From assembly GCA_964016885.1 (NCBI GenBank), contig OZ024747.1, positions 35,402,001 to 35,466,000 on the forward strand: a stretch of DNA of 64,000 bases, given 5' to 3'. This document shows, in pieces, positions 14,129-28,672 of this stretch. Source of the stretch: Eledone cirrhosa. Taxonomy: Eukaryota. A program made the translations under genes and the position numbers. Below the pieces are notes generated by a model, which worked only from the letters and a program-made list of their open reading frames with translations, ran no database searches and was not told where the DNA came from. Within the stretch, counting starts at the first letter, position 1. The number at the start of each line of letters is the position of its first letter.

Positions 14129-14640
14129 ATATTTATTAAAATAACAGATTAAAGTTTAAACAAAGAATCGCTGCTTTCACCTTTAACGGGATCTCTGAAA
14201 CTAACAAAGTCAATCTGTGAACGCAGAATTAAATATTTCGAAAAACTTTGAAACCGGAGGAATACACGAAGATGATACTTTGGTTTGTGGAAACGTTCCC
14301 TGGCAAAGAACGGGAAAAAACGAATATAATACGTCATTAATAGGAGCGGTGAAAAACAATTACGCGCAAAGACAGAACCACGTTTATGGTATAAAAGAAG
14401 TCGTAGACTAATGTTCTCTTAGGTGGTTCATAGAGACGTTCTCTGGCAATGCACGGAAAAACGAAGATAATATGTCGTATGTGGAGTGTGGAGAACAATT
14501 GCACGCAAAGACAAAACCACGTAAATGGTATAGCTGAAGTCGTAGACTAAAATTCTAACTAGGAAACCGAATGAATCTCTGCTTCAGAGTTAAGAATAAA
14601 GTAAATAAAATACAATACAGAGGTAATAGAAATTAAATAA
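14125..14640. repeat. Dispersed repeat (second copy 28090-28440) with an internal tandem duplication of about 139 bp
   Basis: AATAACAGAT.AAAGTTTAA.CAAAGAATCG and GGAAAC.GAATGA.TCTC.GCTTCAGAGTTAAGAATAA occur at both loci. Both abut (TA)n. Confidence 0.8.
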
Positions 14641-15871
14641 ATACATTCACGCATGCAAATACGACGTACATACACAAGCATACGCGAAAACACTTGCCAT
14701 AGGTATACAAAACCACGCAATATAAATATGTGTGTGTGTGCGTGTATACAAATACATAAATAATTAAATAAACGTATATAAATAAATAAATACGTATATA
14801 ACAAGCGCACACACATACCTACATGTAAATACACAAATGTTCGGAGACGTAAGTCAACTAAAACATGAAGTACACATATACACACACCCAACATGCGTAC
14901 GAACCTGCATACTCCCGTATACACATAACCAAACCATATGTACCATATATAATATATAAGATCAAAAGACGGTTAAAAGAGTTCCATGTATTTTATTATG
15001 CGCATTTCAAAAACAAATATCATCATGCGATGACATTTGCGTTTTCGTCAGATAAAATAGGGAGACATGATATGAAGGTTAAAAAACACTTGTGAATAGC
15101 GCAGTTTTAAATCAACATATAAAAAGTAGTTGTAGATTGATGTGTGATATTGGGAAAAGACATTAAGGGGATGGGGGTGGAAAGGATAAAAAAGAGGAGG
15201 AGATGAGAGTAAAAAGTGGAGGGGTAGGAGTATAATAAGGAAGGATGAGATAGGAGGAGAGATGGGTGATAGAGAGAGAGAGATAGCTTTTATAACTGAG
15301 AACAATGTATTGTTTTACATAGAGAGGTTAAAAAACCGTTGGAAGATAATATATAAATTAAAAGAATTTGAAAATTAACGTAGAGAAAAATTTAAGAATA
15401 ATATTAAATTAAGGTTTGTATATTGAAGGGTTTAATAATATGTGCGATGAAAATAATTTGTTAATATGTATTAAGAATAGGATTCATGGGTTTAATAATA
15501 TGTGCGATGGAAAGAAATTGTTGATATGTATTATTAAAACATATAAAAATATAACAATAGTAATGTAATTAAGGATATATTGTGAAAAGAAGTAGAAGAG
15601 TAGATGAATAAGTGAAATATGTATAAGTTAGATGAGCATGAAACGGAGAAAAAAATAATGAATTGAGGATGAATAATCTAACGTCAAAAACATGTTTATG
15701 TTTACGAAGGATTTTTCAAGGTAATATAAAGTATTTAAAAGGGTAAGGATATATTGTGGTGAGTAATATTGAGAATTGAGAAGTATCTATGAAGAAAAGG
15801 TACAGAATAGAGGTTAGAAATTATAAGAAAAAGAAAAAATTCATTATCACGGGCGCTCTATCTCAAAATTA

Positions 15872-15907
15872 TTTTTGAAAAGCATTAGAAATGCGCAACC
15901 GGTAAAA
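15872..15907 (+). ncRNA. Degenerate U3-A8 hammerhead (GAAA mutated to GCAA)
   Basis: TTT-TTGAAAA-GCAT tagaa ATGC-GCAA-CCGG-TA-AAA. Same family as 5951-5986, with stem I covariation (CTT/AAG vs TTT/AAA). Confidence 0.55.
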
Positions 15908-16053
15908 ACTTAAAACCAAAACTGAATACTAACCAATACTTATTACTCATGTTTACTTATTCCTAATTAAACTATTTTTCACTAGGAACAATTTGTCAGC
16001 ATTTTCTTTTCCTTTTACCAATATATATGTATATATATATATATAATAATAAT

Positions 16054-16244
<191 letters not shown>

Positions 16245-16492
16245 GTTATGTAATAAACAACATAAGGCAATTATTCCATTTACCAGTGGTTTCTTAAAAG
16301 CAAAATATTTTGCTTTCAATCCCCAGAATGAAAAAATCCTGGTCTGTTTATTGAATTTGGATTTTAAAAACAAAAATGCAATCTATATGAAAGTGAGGCT
16401 GGAGAAGGAAGAAGGAAAAGAAAAATAAGATAAAATAAAACTACACATGCAAACACACACACAAAAACATGCACACTAACACACAAAAGCAT

Positions 16493-16578
<86 letters not shown>

Positions 16579-16854
16579 TCATACATACACACATATATAT
16601 ATATATATATACACATATATGTGTATATAAATACACACAAAGACATACATATACACATATATACATACACACATATACATACATATATATATGGGAGGAG
16701 GTTATAGTTCACTTGAAGCATTGTGTAATGAGGTATACACGTTAGAATATGTGTAATAAGGCCAAGACAATGCAGATATGGACATAGAAAAAAGAATGCA
16801 CTAGTGAGAGATATTGATGAGAATTCGTCTTTCACCTTGAATTTATTTAAATGT

Positions 16855-16889
16855 CCTTAATTTTCGAGATAATATCTCTTCTTCGGAGG
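16855..16889 (-). ncRNA. Minimal hammerhead (U4C) in PLE pLTR, left arm
   Basis: Reverse complement of 19096-19130. Confidence 0.65.
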
Positions 16890-17272
16890 GAAGTAAAAGT
16901 CTCAGACCAGCGTCTTAAATTTCCAATGAAGCCATGCTGACCGGAAATAGTATAGAGTTCTAACTTTAATATCAAAGAATTAAAATTAGGTGGGTAAAGA
17001 GTTGTCTCCCTTTAAGATGGGTTTGTTTATGTTTTTGTTGTGTTTTTTTAAATTTTATATGCGTGCCTGTATATGTGTGTGGGAGAAAGCATGTAGGTGT
17101 AGGTATGTGGGTGTGTGTGTGTGAGTGTGGGAAGATAGGTCTAATCGTAAAAGTGGGGGGTAGGTGTTATCTGGTGTTAGAACTGGTTTTGTGTGTGTAT
17201 GTGTGAGAGAGAATAAGTGGAGGTGTGCGCGTGCGTGTGTGTGGGGTGTGTAAAGTGGGGCTAGAGGCCCTA

Positions 17273-17939
17273 TCAGGTTATACATTGGGTGTTGAGCTCT
17301 AGTCTATTATTGATTGGTGGATGTGTTCTATCTATAATGAGTGCTTCCTTGATTCTAAGATTGCCGAGGTTTCTTTCTTTAGTTTCTATCCTAACTGTTA
17401 TGTTTTTATCAGTGTTTTTGCATTTAACTAGGTGTTTCTTAAATGAGGAAGCGTTAGTATTGAGGTGTTCTTTTATTCTTATGTGGAGTGGTCTGGTGGT
17501 GCTACCTACGTAGAAGTTGTTGCATTTGTCACACTCTAGTCTGTAAACTACGTAAGCCTGGTGGCATAGGTCTGTGTCGTTGATGGGGCAGTTGGCTAGT
17601 CTGCAGCAGTTGTCATGTCTGGTGGAGTGTCTCTTAGCTAGCCGTCCACGCAAAGAAGGACCCGAATGGGCCAGTTGAATATCCAGACCTTCTCGTCTGA
17701 TGGCTCTGCGGATGGCTGTTGTTGTTTCTTCACTGAAGTGTGGGAGCTTCAGGAAGCAAGTGTTAGTGCCTCGGGTGTGGTGTCCTCTGTTCTTTCTGGC
17801 ACGGTTTGTGGTGGATGTCGTGTATCCGTTCAGTTTGAGTACTTCCAGGAAATGTGTGGTGTGTGTGTCTCGGTCTCTGGCGTCGGTGCATTTGTTCTTG
17901 ATACGTGCCAGTTCGTTCTTTATGGATTTTTTATAGAAG
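17273..17939 (-). pseudogene. Inverted copy of the PLE thumb/GIY-YIG ORF with an in-frame 63-nt deletion
   Basis: FYKKS-IKNELARIK here vs FYKKS-ASRDLFVHFRSALPLGAKFGY-IKNELARIK in the plus copy. Confidence 0.88.
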
Positions 17940-18713
17940 GACTTCCAACTCAGGGTAACAGAGGAAGGCAACATCCACACCTGCTTCTATAAAAAATCCG
18001 CCAGCAGGGACTTGTTCGTACATTTCAGATCGGCCCTCCCACTCGGTGCCAAGTTCGGATACATAAAGAACGAACTGGCACGTATCAAGAACAAATGCAC
18101 CGACGCCAGAGACCGAGACACACACACCACACATTTCCTGGAAGTACTCAAACTGAACGGATACACGACATCCACCACAAACCGTGCCAGAAAGAACAGA
18201 GGACACCACACCCGAGGCACTAACACTTGCTTCCTGAAGCTCCCACACTTCAGTGAAGAAACAACAACAGCCATCCGCAGAGCCATCAGACGAGAAGGTC
18301 TGGATATTCAACTGGCCCATTCGGGTCCTTCTTTGCGTGGACGGCTAGCTAAGAGACACTCCACCAGACATGACAACTGCTGCAGACTAGCCAACTGCCC
18401 CATCAACGACACAGACCTATGCCACCAGGCTTACGTAGTTTACAGACTAGAGTGTGACAAATGCAACAACTTCTACGTAGGTAGCACCACCAGACGACTC
18501 CACATAAGAATAAAAGAACACCTCAATACTAACGCTTCCTCATTTAAGAAACACCTAGTTAAATGCAAAAACACTGATAAAAACATAACAGTTAGGATAG
18601 AAACTAAAGAAAGAAACCTCGGCAATCTTAGAATCAAGGAAGCACTCATTATAGATAGAACACATCCACCAATCAATAATAGACTAGAGCTCAACACCCA
18701 ATGTATAACCTGA
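17940..18713 (+). pseudogene. PLE RT thumb, Cys linker and GIY-YIG endonuclease (5'-truncated, open)
   Basis: DFQLRV..FYKK..HFRSALP thumb; VVYRLECDKCNNFYVGSTTRRLHIRIKEH; KEALII..P.IN. Confidence 0.92.
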
Positions 18714-19095
18714 TAGGGCCTCTAGCCCCACTTTACACACCCCACACACACGCACGCGCACACCTCCACTTATTCTCTCTCACACATACACACACAAAAC
18801 CAGTTCTAACACCAGATAACACCTACCCCCCACTTTTACGATTAGACCTATCTTCCCACACTCACACACACACACCCACATACCTACACCTTCATGCTTT
18901 CTCCCACACACATATACAGGCACGCATATAAAATTTAAAAAACACAACAAAAACATAAACAAACCCCTCTTAAAGGGAGACAACTCTTTACCCACCTAAT
19001 TTTAATTCTTTGATATTAAAGTTAGAACTCTATACTATTTCCGGTCAGCATGGCTTCATTGGAAATTTAAGACGCTGGTCTGAGACTTTTACTTC

Positions 19096-19130
19096 CCTCC
19101 GAAGAAGAGATATTATCTCGAAAATTAAGG
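19096..19130 (+). ncRNA. Minimal hammerhead (U4C) in PLE pLTR, right arm
   Basis: CCT-CCGAAGA-A-GAGAT att ATCTC-GAAA-AT-TA-AGG: palindromic stem III AATT, UUA triplet. Confidence 0.65.
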
Positions 19131-19252
19131 ACATTTAAATAAATTCAAGGTGAAAGACGAATTCTCATCAATATCTCTCACTATTGCATTCTTTTTTCTA
19201 TGTCCATATCTGCATTGTCTTGGCCTTATTACACATATTCTAACGTTTATAT

Positions 19253-19302
<50 letters not shown>

Positions 19303-19544
19303 TATATATATGTGTACAAGCATACACATACACAAACATAGCCATACACACATACATATACATACATACATGCGTGTGTGAATATGTAGAGGAGTGCATT
19401 TATGTATGTGTATGTATGGATGTGTTGATATTTATGTGCGTATGTATATATGTGTATATGTATGTGTTTGTGTGTATTTATATACACATATATGTGTGTA
19501 TATATGTGTGTGTGTGTATGTATGAGTGTATGTATATGTATATA

Positions 19545-19617
<73 letters not shown>

Positions 19618-20206
19618 GTGTGTGTGTGTATGTATGCTTTCGTGTGTGAGTGTGCTTGTTTTTGTGCGTGTGTTTGCATGTGTAGTTTTATTTTATTTTA
19701 TTTTTCCTTTCCTTCTTCCTTCTCCAGCCTCACTTTCATATAGATTGCATTTTTGTTTTTAAAATCCAAATTCAATAAACAGACCAGGATCTTTTCATTC
19801 TTAGGTTTGAAAGCAAAATGTTTTGCTTTTAAGAAACCACTGGTAAATGGAATAATTGCCTTATGTTGTTTATTACATAACTATTAAGCTCTGTTACCTA
19901 CATAGAGCAAACTTCTTTCCTGGACTTTTCCGACGGAATTACTTCATTTACACACATATATATATATATATATATATACTCCACACACACACACATGTAT
20001 GCAGACATATGAAAAGAAACTATATAAAATTACTTGGAAAGTACATAGAAACATGCATATGATGCTCTACATCAGGGAATGCACAAAGAAAGTTTACTTG
20101 AAGAAATACGTAAAAAATACACAAAATTGCATATAGGGATCACGTCAAAGAAGGCATGCGAAATCTCACGCATCGGTATATACGTACTTTCATGCACAAT
20201 TTGGTA

Positions 20207-20325
20207 GGCATGCCGTGGCTAATGATCCGCAAAAATGTACTGAGGCTGCGCCATCTCCGGATATTCTGCCTAAAGGCATTCGCTTAGCTGGGCACTTTGC
20301 CTGAGCTGCAGTCCTGGTTCAAAAG
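20207..20325 (+). mobile_element. Short internal Tx1 ORF2 fragment running into (GAA)n
   Basis: GGCATGCCGTGGCTAATGAT...CTGAGGCTGCG.CATCTCC.GATATT and CTGAGCTGCAGTCCTGG match the reverse complement of 40925-41075. Confidence 0.8.
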
Positions 20326-20605
20326 AAGAAGAAGAAGAAGAAGAAGAAGAAGAAGAAGAAGAAGAAGAAGAAGAAGAAGAAGAAGAAGAAGAAGAAGAAG
20401 AAGAAGAAGAAGAAGAAGAAGAAGAGAGTGAGAGATAGGTAAGAACATAGGAGAAATTGCAAAAATACTGTAAGTAGAAGAATCGTGGATTAGGTAGATT
20501 TTCGATAATAGACGTGATCATTCAATTGTAGAACGGGGCGGGAGATATAGTTAAATATTAAAACAATCTTCATCGCAGACAGTATATACCCCCTCTCACT
20601 TTCTT

Positions 20606-21417
<812 letters not shown>

Positions 21418-21951
21418 ATATGCATATATATATATATATATATATATGTAAAAGGTAACCAGAAATAACAACAGATTCGGTATATGCGTATGTGTGTTTT
21501 CATGGCATCACCCAATTCCCAGCCAAATCCAACTGTTACCAGATACAGCTACAGATTGCGAGCAATATGTTTGGTTAAAGTATGTAAAATTGACAGATCT
21601 TACTTGAGTATCCAGTCGGGTAATATATACACGATTGCTTTTGATACAGGTTAAAGTAATAATAATAAATATAAATGGCTCAAAATTCGATTCCTTTTCA
21701 AATTTGATTATACTTACACGCACGCACACACACACACACATGCACACATACACATACACACACATACACACACACACACACACACGCACACACACACACA
21801 CGCTTTCTGTCTGTCACACACACACACATACACACACAATACACACACACACACAATACACACACCGTATGTCAATTGGTAGATGCTCACATGCTTTAAA
21901 GTTTGAAGCGCATAAATTGTCAGTGAATGAACATTTTTCCATTTAGTAATA

Positions 21952-22620
21952 CAATGAATCTTCGTTTATCCGGACGGTCAAAACCAAACAGTTAGACAAA
22001 GATCCGGTTAAGTGAAATATCCGGATAAGTGAATTCTAAGATACCATTGTTACATAATGCTCGTGGTTTCTAATCTTTTGGCTTCTTTTAGTCAAAATAA
22101 AAGACAAATGCTAAGTAAAGAAAGTTTATTAGAATAGCAAAAGAACATCTAGAATTCATAAGAAAATTAATTAAACAAGCATAAGAATAACTAAAAACTT
22201 GGTATAACTGAATTGAAACAAACCATAAAAGGTTAGTACTATTTTAAAAATGAATAAATAGAAGATTGTTTTCGCGCCGAAGCTCGTCGTTCCGCTACCA
22301 TTTCCCGCTATCATTTACACGCAACAGCTGAACGGTCAACCTTCTCCCTCATGTTTATCGCGTGTAAAAAGGGAATCATTCCCATGTCCCCTTTTCCGAT
22401 CAAATCCCGCAGCAATTGTTTTCTATAAATCCGCTTTAGTGTCTCTAAAACTCCCTGGTCCATTGGCTGAATAACTGACGTAACGTTCGCCGGAAGAAAT
22501 GCTGCCCGAATCTGTCCGTCTGGCGAAATCAAGTTCTCCTCATCCGGAGGTAGTATAGAAATAGCTGTCCGGTAAATCGAATTTCGGAAAAGCGATACCT
22601 GGAAAAGCGAAAATGCACTG
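21952..22620 (-). mobile_element. Internally deleted Tigger/pogo DNA transposon
   Basis: DDE_1 motif FLPANVTSVIQPMDQGVLETLKRIYR. Imperfect TIRs CAATGAATCTTCGTTTATCC / CAGTGCATTTTCGCTTTTCC, each flanked by TA. Confidence 0.85.
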
Positions 22621-22905
22621 TAATTGGAAAAACGTGGCATAAGAACAATTCAAGTGCAACTCCAGATGTTGAATGATTTTATTTGATATGTAGATGACAG
22701 TCCTTATCTTTTCATTTATGTGCAGAATACCTACATTTCATTACCGAAATATTCATGTTTGTTGAAAATGCTGTTCTGTACATAAATATGTTGATCGGAA
22801 TTTCAGGCATCCATCAAAATATAGAAACAGAATAATGATCCAATTCATTTCAATTGTCATGTTTGAATCCTTTTCAAAATGCGGGCTATGAAAGTTGTTT
22901 ATCTT

Positions 22906-23150
22906 TGCGCATGGCTTAGTGATTACAGCGTTGGTCTTGAAATCATGATGTTTTGAGTTCGATTCTCAGACCGGGTGGTGCTATGTGTCCATGAGCAAGA
23001 CAGTGAGTTGCGACATACCTGGTGCCGAGTTTTACCGATGTTAGTCTTTCCCTGGGACAACATTATTGGCGTGGATAGAGGTGACTTCTATGCATGGCCT
23101 TCCATGAAGAACCTTGAAATTACATTGCCGTTAGAAATTAAATATTGTAA
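22906..23150 (+). mobile_element. tRNA-derived SINE (second family)
   Basis: A-box TGGCTTAGTG and B-box GAGTTCGATTC, followed by a CORE-like TGTGTCCATGAGCAAGACA. Confidence 0.65.
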
Positions 23151-25135
23151 ACCAAAATGAAGGAATTACACTGCCATTTAACTCTCCAGGATGAATTAAT
23201 TTGCAGCATAAATTGGTAAGAAAAAATATTAACATTTACAATCCTAGGTTGAGATAACTAATAAGAAAGTATATGGATGTGTTTTTTAGTGTGTCTACAT
23301 GTCTATGCAACATTGTCTTCACATGTAGGTCTTTAAAACTTTAAACAGTTTTCACTATTAATGTTACTACCTACATTAATCCAGTTGAAGCATATGTATT
23401 TGATTAACACTCAATCTATTCTAAAACGTTGTTGCAGGCGTTAAAATGGAGCACAGCAACGCTATTTCCTGCTCGATAAAATATCAAAATCTTTTATTTG
23501 GTACCACTTTGTTAGTGTTAATTAAATTTGTAATTATAACAAAATAATGCCACAGGCTTGAGGTTTCCGAAAAAAGCTACTCTTTCAATGTTCACCTAGT
23601 GAAAATAATGAAGTCACTGTCACACGTTTTTATTTTATTTTATGTATTAGCTTGGCCTTTTCTTTAACATATTTTGTGTAAATGCTATCGCCTTTTTCAT
23701 GGGGAAATAAGTTAATCATCTAACATATAATTGAATTAATTATTGATCGATATATTAGAGTGCATATTTCGTTTTGGTTATGCTTAATATTGTATCGAGA
23801 TGCATGTAGTAAACACAAAATACGTAGAGCAAAATTCTGAAGCGTTTCAAGTTTCTGGAAAGTTTTGCAATATCACTCATAATTACTTAGACAAGCATCA
23901 TAGGTTGCTACAACTGCAAACCTATACTATTATGTTTAATACATATACCGTTTTTAATAAAGTTTTAACTCGCTTATTATATTTTATTACATTCTATTGC
24001 CACCATTTCAGTTCCTTGTAGCTTGCTTTTTTTACATTGCCCTGAAACGCACGCACTAACGAAAAATGCACAATCCATTAAATGTCCTGGTATGTGTTTA
24101 TGCTACTCGATTTGAAACTACGATATAACAGGTTTAATATAACTGCGTGTATTTTCCGAGAAATTACTTAAACAGATTCTATGAGGAAACACTTGGTAAA
24201 GGTTAGTAATAGGTGTAATTTATAACACAGCCAAACAACACCTGGTCTTAGGTGATATTGAAGTGATCATACTATGGCAAGTGTTCTGACTATGTCTCCG
24301 ATCAGGGGATAGATCCTACATTCGTAACAAGTGTTTTGATCTAAAATGTATTATAATTCCAATCTTTCACACGCTGATTAATCCATTAAAGAAAGTATAT
24401 GTCACATTAGCACAGCTGCAGTCACAGGACTGTAATGAAATAGTCGATTCAAGTAATGATGCTTTATTATTTTATCAATAACACAGTAAAAGGGGAGATC
24501 AAAGTCTATCACGCTGACATTTAATTCCGACAAGAAGAGATGCAGCGCTATATATTGAAAATCATTAAGCAGGACGTCTGCTGTTCCAGGCAATCTATTA
24601 CGTAGGTGTCTTTCTATAATAATTGTGTCATTCTAATGGAGCTAAAAAAATAACAAGCAAAATAATCTGTGTGTTTATTTTCCGAAGTATCTATGGAATG
24701 TACATGTAGGCATATCACAATTATTCAAATAATGGCTAATGATTATTATAGACCACAATGATGCACACTACCTAGGGAATTTCATTAGAGAGACAATGTT
24801 GAATATTCGTCCACTGACATTATTCAAACATTTTGAAAATGTCTTGTTAACTATTCATGGTTAATAATACTCTAAGCTTAGCATGTAAGCCATTTCAATT
24901 AAAACTATTAGGTTAAATGTGTTTGTATACATAAATGGATTCTGCTAAATAGATATAGAGTTCCATATATCTCTGTTAGTGATAAATATTTATAATAAAC
25001 AATAATATATGAGACTGCACGCTACTCATCGGAATGGAATTAACTGCAAATCGTTGTAAACGTTATTTCAACGGGTACGTGGCAGCTAACTTCACCACAA
25101 CAAAGTGTAAATTTAATCGAAATATCATGCTTCTG

Positions 25136-25948
25136 CATGACACAACGCAAACAGTATAACGATAGAATTACAGTCAACATACCGAGATTGACTCAAGTAC
25201 AATTTTCATACGGACTCACTGGAACGAAACGTGGAATGCCCATGATATTTGATCTGAGAGTGTTGGTACTAAGGCAATATATCATTCTATTTTACTATAT
25301 AACCGTGCAGTAAATTTATCACATTAAGTGGTAGAATCCTCACAATTTATCTGTATATAGGAATACGTACAAGTTCGGCGCTGCTAACAGCACAGTTTTA
25401 TAGAAAATCAGTAAGAAGCACCACATACGTAAGAATCACAACATTAATTATTAACAATATTTTGCAATCAAATCAGATGCAGCCTATTGTAATATACTTC
25501 AAATTAAGCATATGTATTGAATATGCTTTGCCAAATCAATATATATATATATATATTGATTTTGCAAAGCATATTCAATACATATGCTTAATTTGAAGTA
25601 TATTAAAATAGGTTGCATCTGATCTGATTGCAAAATATTGTTAATAATTAATGTGGTGCTTCTTACGTATGTCACTGATTTTGTATAAAACTATGCTGTT
25701 AGTTGCGCCGAACTTGTACGTATTCCTATATACAGATACATTGTGAGGATTCTACCACTTAATGTGATAAATTTACTGCAGGGTTATATAGTAAAATAGA
25801 ATGATATATTGCATTAGTACCAACACTCTCAGATCAAATATCATGGGCATTCCACGTTTCGTTCCAGTGAGTCCGTATGAAAATTGTACTTGAGTCAATC
25901 TCGGTATTTTGACTATAATTCAACCGTTATGCTGTTTACGTTGTCATG
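25136..25948. repeat. About 810-bp palindrome with a (TA)n centre
   Basis: About 400-bp arms matching with scattered substitutions and a few indels. Spacer (AT)n at about 25539-25556. Confidence 0.93.
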
Positions 25949-26459
25949 TTGACACATGTATATATATATGAATACCAAATAGACAAGGGTTAAAATGTCC
26001 TTTTCAGTAGTCTGCTGTTTATCGTTGGAATTTCGACGCATTAAAGACTAGATACCTAAAATCAGTGCGAGCGATAACTCAATCAAGTTATCGGGACAGT
26101 GGGAAAACGGAGGGAAGGAAACAAACACATGGTGGTATGCAACGAAAAGAGAGGAAAATAGAGACAAGTCAATGAATCACGACATATCAAATTGACGAGG
26201 AGAAATAGACACGTCCGAGACGCGAGAAGATTGAGAGAGGAAAGACATTCAAGCAGGTCAGACGGAAGGAAGTGAGAAGGGGGAAGAAGCAGAGAGGGAG
26301 TGAGTGAAAGTGGGAGGAAGAACCAGCCGAGAGTGAGTGACCAGCAGCGGGAGTTGAGGAAGGCAAGAGGTGAAGGAGAGAGAAAGTGTGATAGCAGTAA
26401 TGTGACAGAAAATGTTCGCGTCAACGCAGCACGCCATTTTTCATTCATATATATATATA

Positions 26460-26885
26460 TCAAAATGAGGTTTTTTTAAAATTAAAACAACGTGATGTCC
26501 TACACGAGTGAAAGTATAAGGAAACGAAGTCGAAAATGCAACTGGATCTTTTTAAAGAATATTTATTTATTTCCTTTACCGATTTCACAGCTCTTATGCT
26601 TTTCAAAAGTATAATTGCGATGGAGAGTCTGTGCTTTGTCTCGCCTCTGATTCGTGTTCGAAAGTTTTCTGTTTTATGTGGAAAGAGTGGCTCGAATTGC
26701 TGGGCTTTTTAAAACGCAATGTAATTGGTTGGTGACTGTCTCGTGAATAAGTACAATAAATTTCGCGCCAGTTCGTTTTGAATTTGCCTAAAAAATGTGG
26801 CTCAAATTATTGTTTTTTTTAAGTGTAATTTGGTTGGTTGATGACTGTCGCGTGAATAAGTACATCAAATTCGCGCCAGTTTGTG
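26460..26885 (-). mobile_element. Second copy of the 5745-6100 pLTR-type family, with degenerate U3-A8 HHR at 26574-26609
   Basis: Minus strand CTT-TTGAAAA-GCATAAGAGCTGT-GAAA-TCGG-TA-AAG. Shares GAGCCACTCTTTCCACATAAAACAGAAA. Confidence 0.75.
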
Positions 26886-27324
26886 TTTGAGGGTTCTTTG
26901 CCATTTTGATTGCTAGACATAGTCATATGATTGTCCATATGATATAGGTGCCAGAAAAGGATGGCTTGTCATAGAAAGTGTTGTGCCAAACAAAAGATAA
27001 TGGTCAATAAATGGGAGGGGGAAATAGTTCTGGTTCAGTGAGCATGGCTAATGGCGTGCTCATGTTTCAGAAATCAGACATTCTATTGATATAAATTGAA
27101 TGTGTGGGTTTGTGTGTGTGCGTGCGCGTGGATGTGTGGGTAGCAAAGCGATCTATCGTCTTGATAATAGAAATAAAAAATATTCCATTAGTAGAAATGG
27201 AGAGGTGTATGTGTCCATGTATGTGGGGTACGCGTAGCATGTTAAGGTGTTAAAATATTAACGTACGTTAAAGTATATTTAGCTCTGGTCTTTTATTTTC
27301 GAATACTAAGAAGGGTGTTATGTG

Positions 27325-27439
<115 letters not shown>

Positions 27440-27544
27440 CTGTGTGTTATGTGTGTGTGTGGATGGTTAGCATGTTATGGCGTTGACATAATGTATATTA
27501 AACTATATTTAATGCTGGTCTATATTTTTGAATAAACAAATTTT

Positions 27545-27800
27545 CCTTATTTATTCGTATTTGGTCTGTTGTATTGTCAGCGCAAAGGTAAAGTGGGAAG
27601 ACTTGGAATTTGGGGTCTTATTGTTTGAACATAAAAGTTAAGATGACCACTGAGTGGTATCTGTCTTGTGGTAGGGCCTCGTAATTGTTGACATGGAATT
27701 GTCATTCTGTTTCTGATGGTGAGTTTAGTTTGCCCTGTATAATCTTCCTTACATCCTTTACATTTAATGGCAAGAACTAAATTTCTGAGCAAATACAATT
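27545..27800 (-). pseudogene. PLE GIY-YIG fragment (Neptune-like)
   Basis: NLVLAIKCKGCKEDYTGQTKLTIRNRMT..QQLR..RQIPLSGHL, homologous to 54145-54450. Confidence 0.8.
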
Positions 27801-27997
27801 TGATAATATCCTGTGCACGTATAGAACAAAGTTGTACAAGTAAATGAAATAAATAAATATTCTTAAAAAGACTCCAGTTGAATTTTCGATTTATTTTCCT
27901 TATACACAGACACACACACATACACACATACATACACACAAACAAACAAACACACACAAACACACACATACACACACATGCACACACACACACACAC

Positions 27998-28076
<79 letters not shown>

Positions 28077-28641
28077 AATATATATATTTATTTATTTATT
28101 AAATAACAGATCAAAGTTTAAGCAAAGAATCGTTGCTGTCACCCTTAACGGGATCTTCTGAAACTAAAAAAAAATCAATCTGTGAACGCATAAGTAAATA
28201 TTTCGAAACACGTTGCAACCGAAGGAAAATAGGAAGACGATATTTTGGTTCGTGAAGACGTTCCCTGGCAATGAACGTAAAAAGCGAAGATAATACTTCA
28301 TTATTTTGGAGCGGAGAACAAATATACGCAGTGACAAATTCACGGTTATGGTATAAATGGAGTCATAGACTAATATTCTATTTAGGAAACTGAATGATTC
28401 TCGGCTTCAGAGTTAAGAATAATGTAAATAAAATAGTTGAACGAAAATGACAGAGGTTATTGAAATCATAAAAGTAATAACTATTAATTAAATACATACA
28501 CACATATACATACGTACATACACGTGCTTCAGCACAACAAACGCACTGCTTGCATAAACATTCACGTACATATAAACACACGCACACGTACGTTAATCGG
28601 TGCGATGCATATACCCGCACACAGACGAACGTATACACCAA

Positions 28642-28672
<31 letters not shown>

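Larger units (their letters stand above)
16245..19882. mobile_element. 3.6-kb inverted duplication centred on a 5'-truncated PLE (two divergent copies)
   Basis: 16730-17939 is nearly identical to the reverse complement of 17984-19250. Outer arms 16245-16680 and 19440-19882 also match. Confidence 0.95.

Noticed and set aside
14205-14250. Additional HHR-like strings (also near 21030, 28180, 33770, 38620, 56150)
   Set aside because: Core incomplete or stems I/II cannot be formed; not counted.
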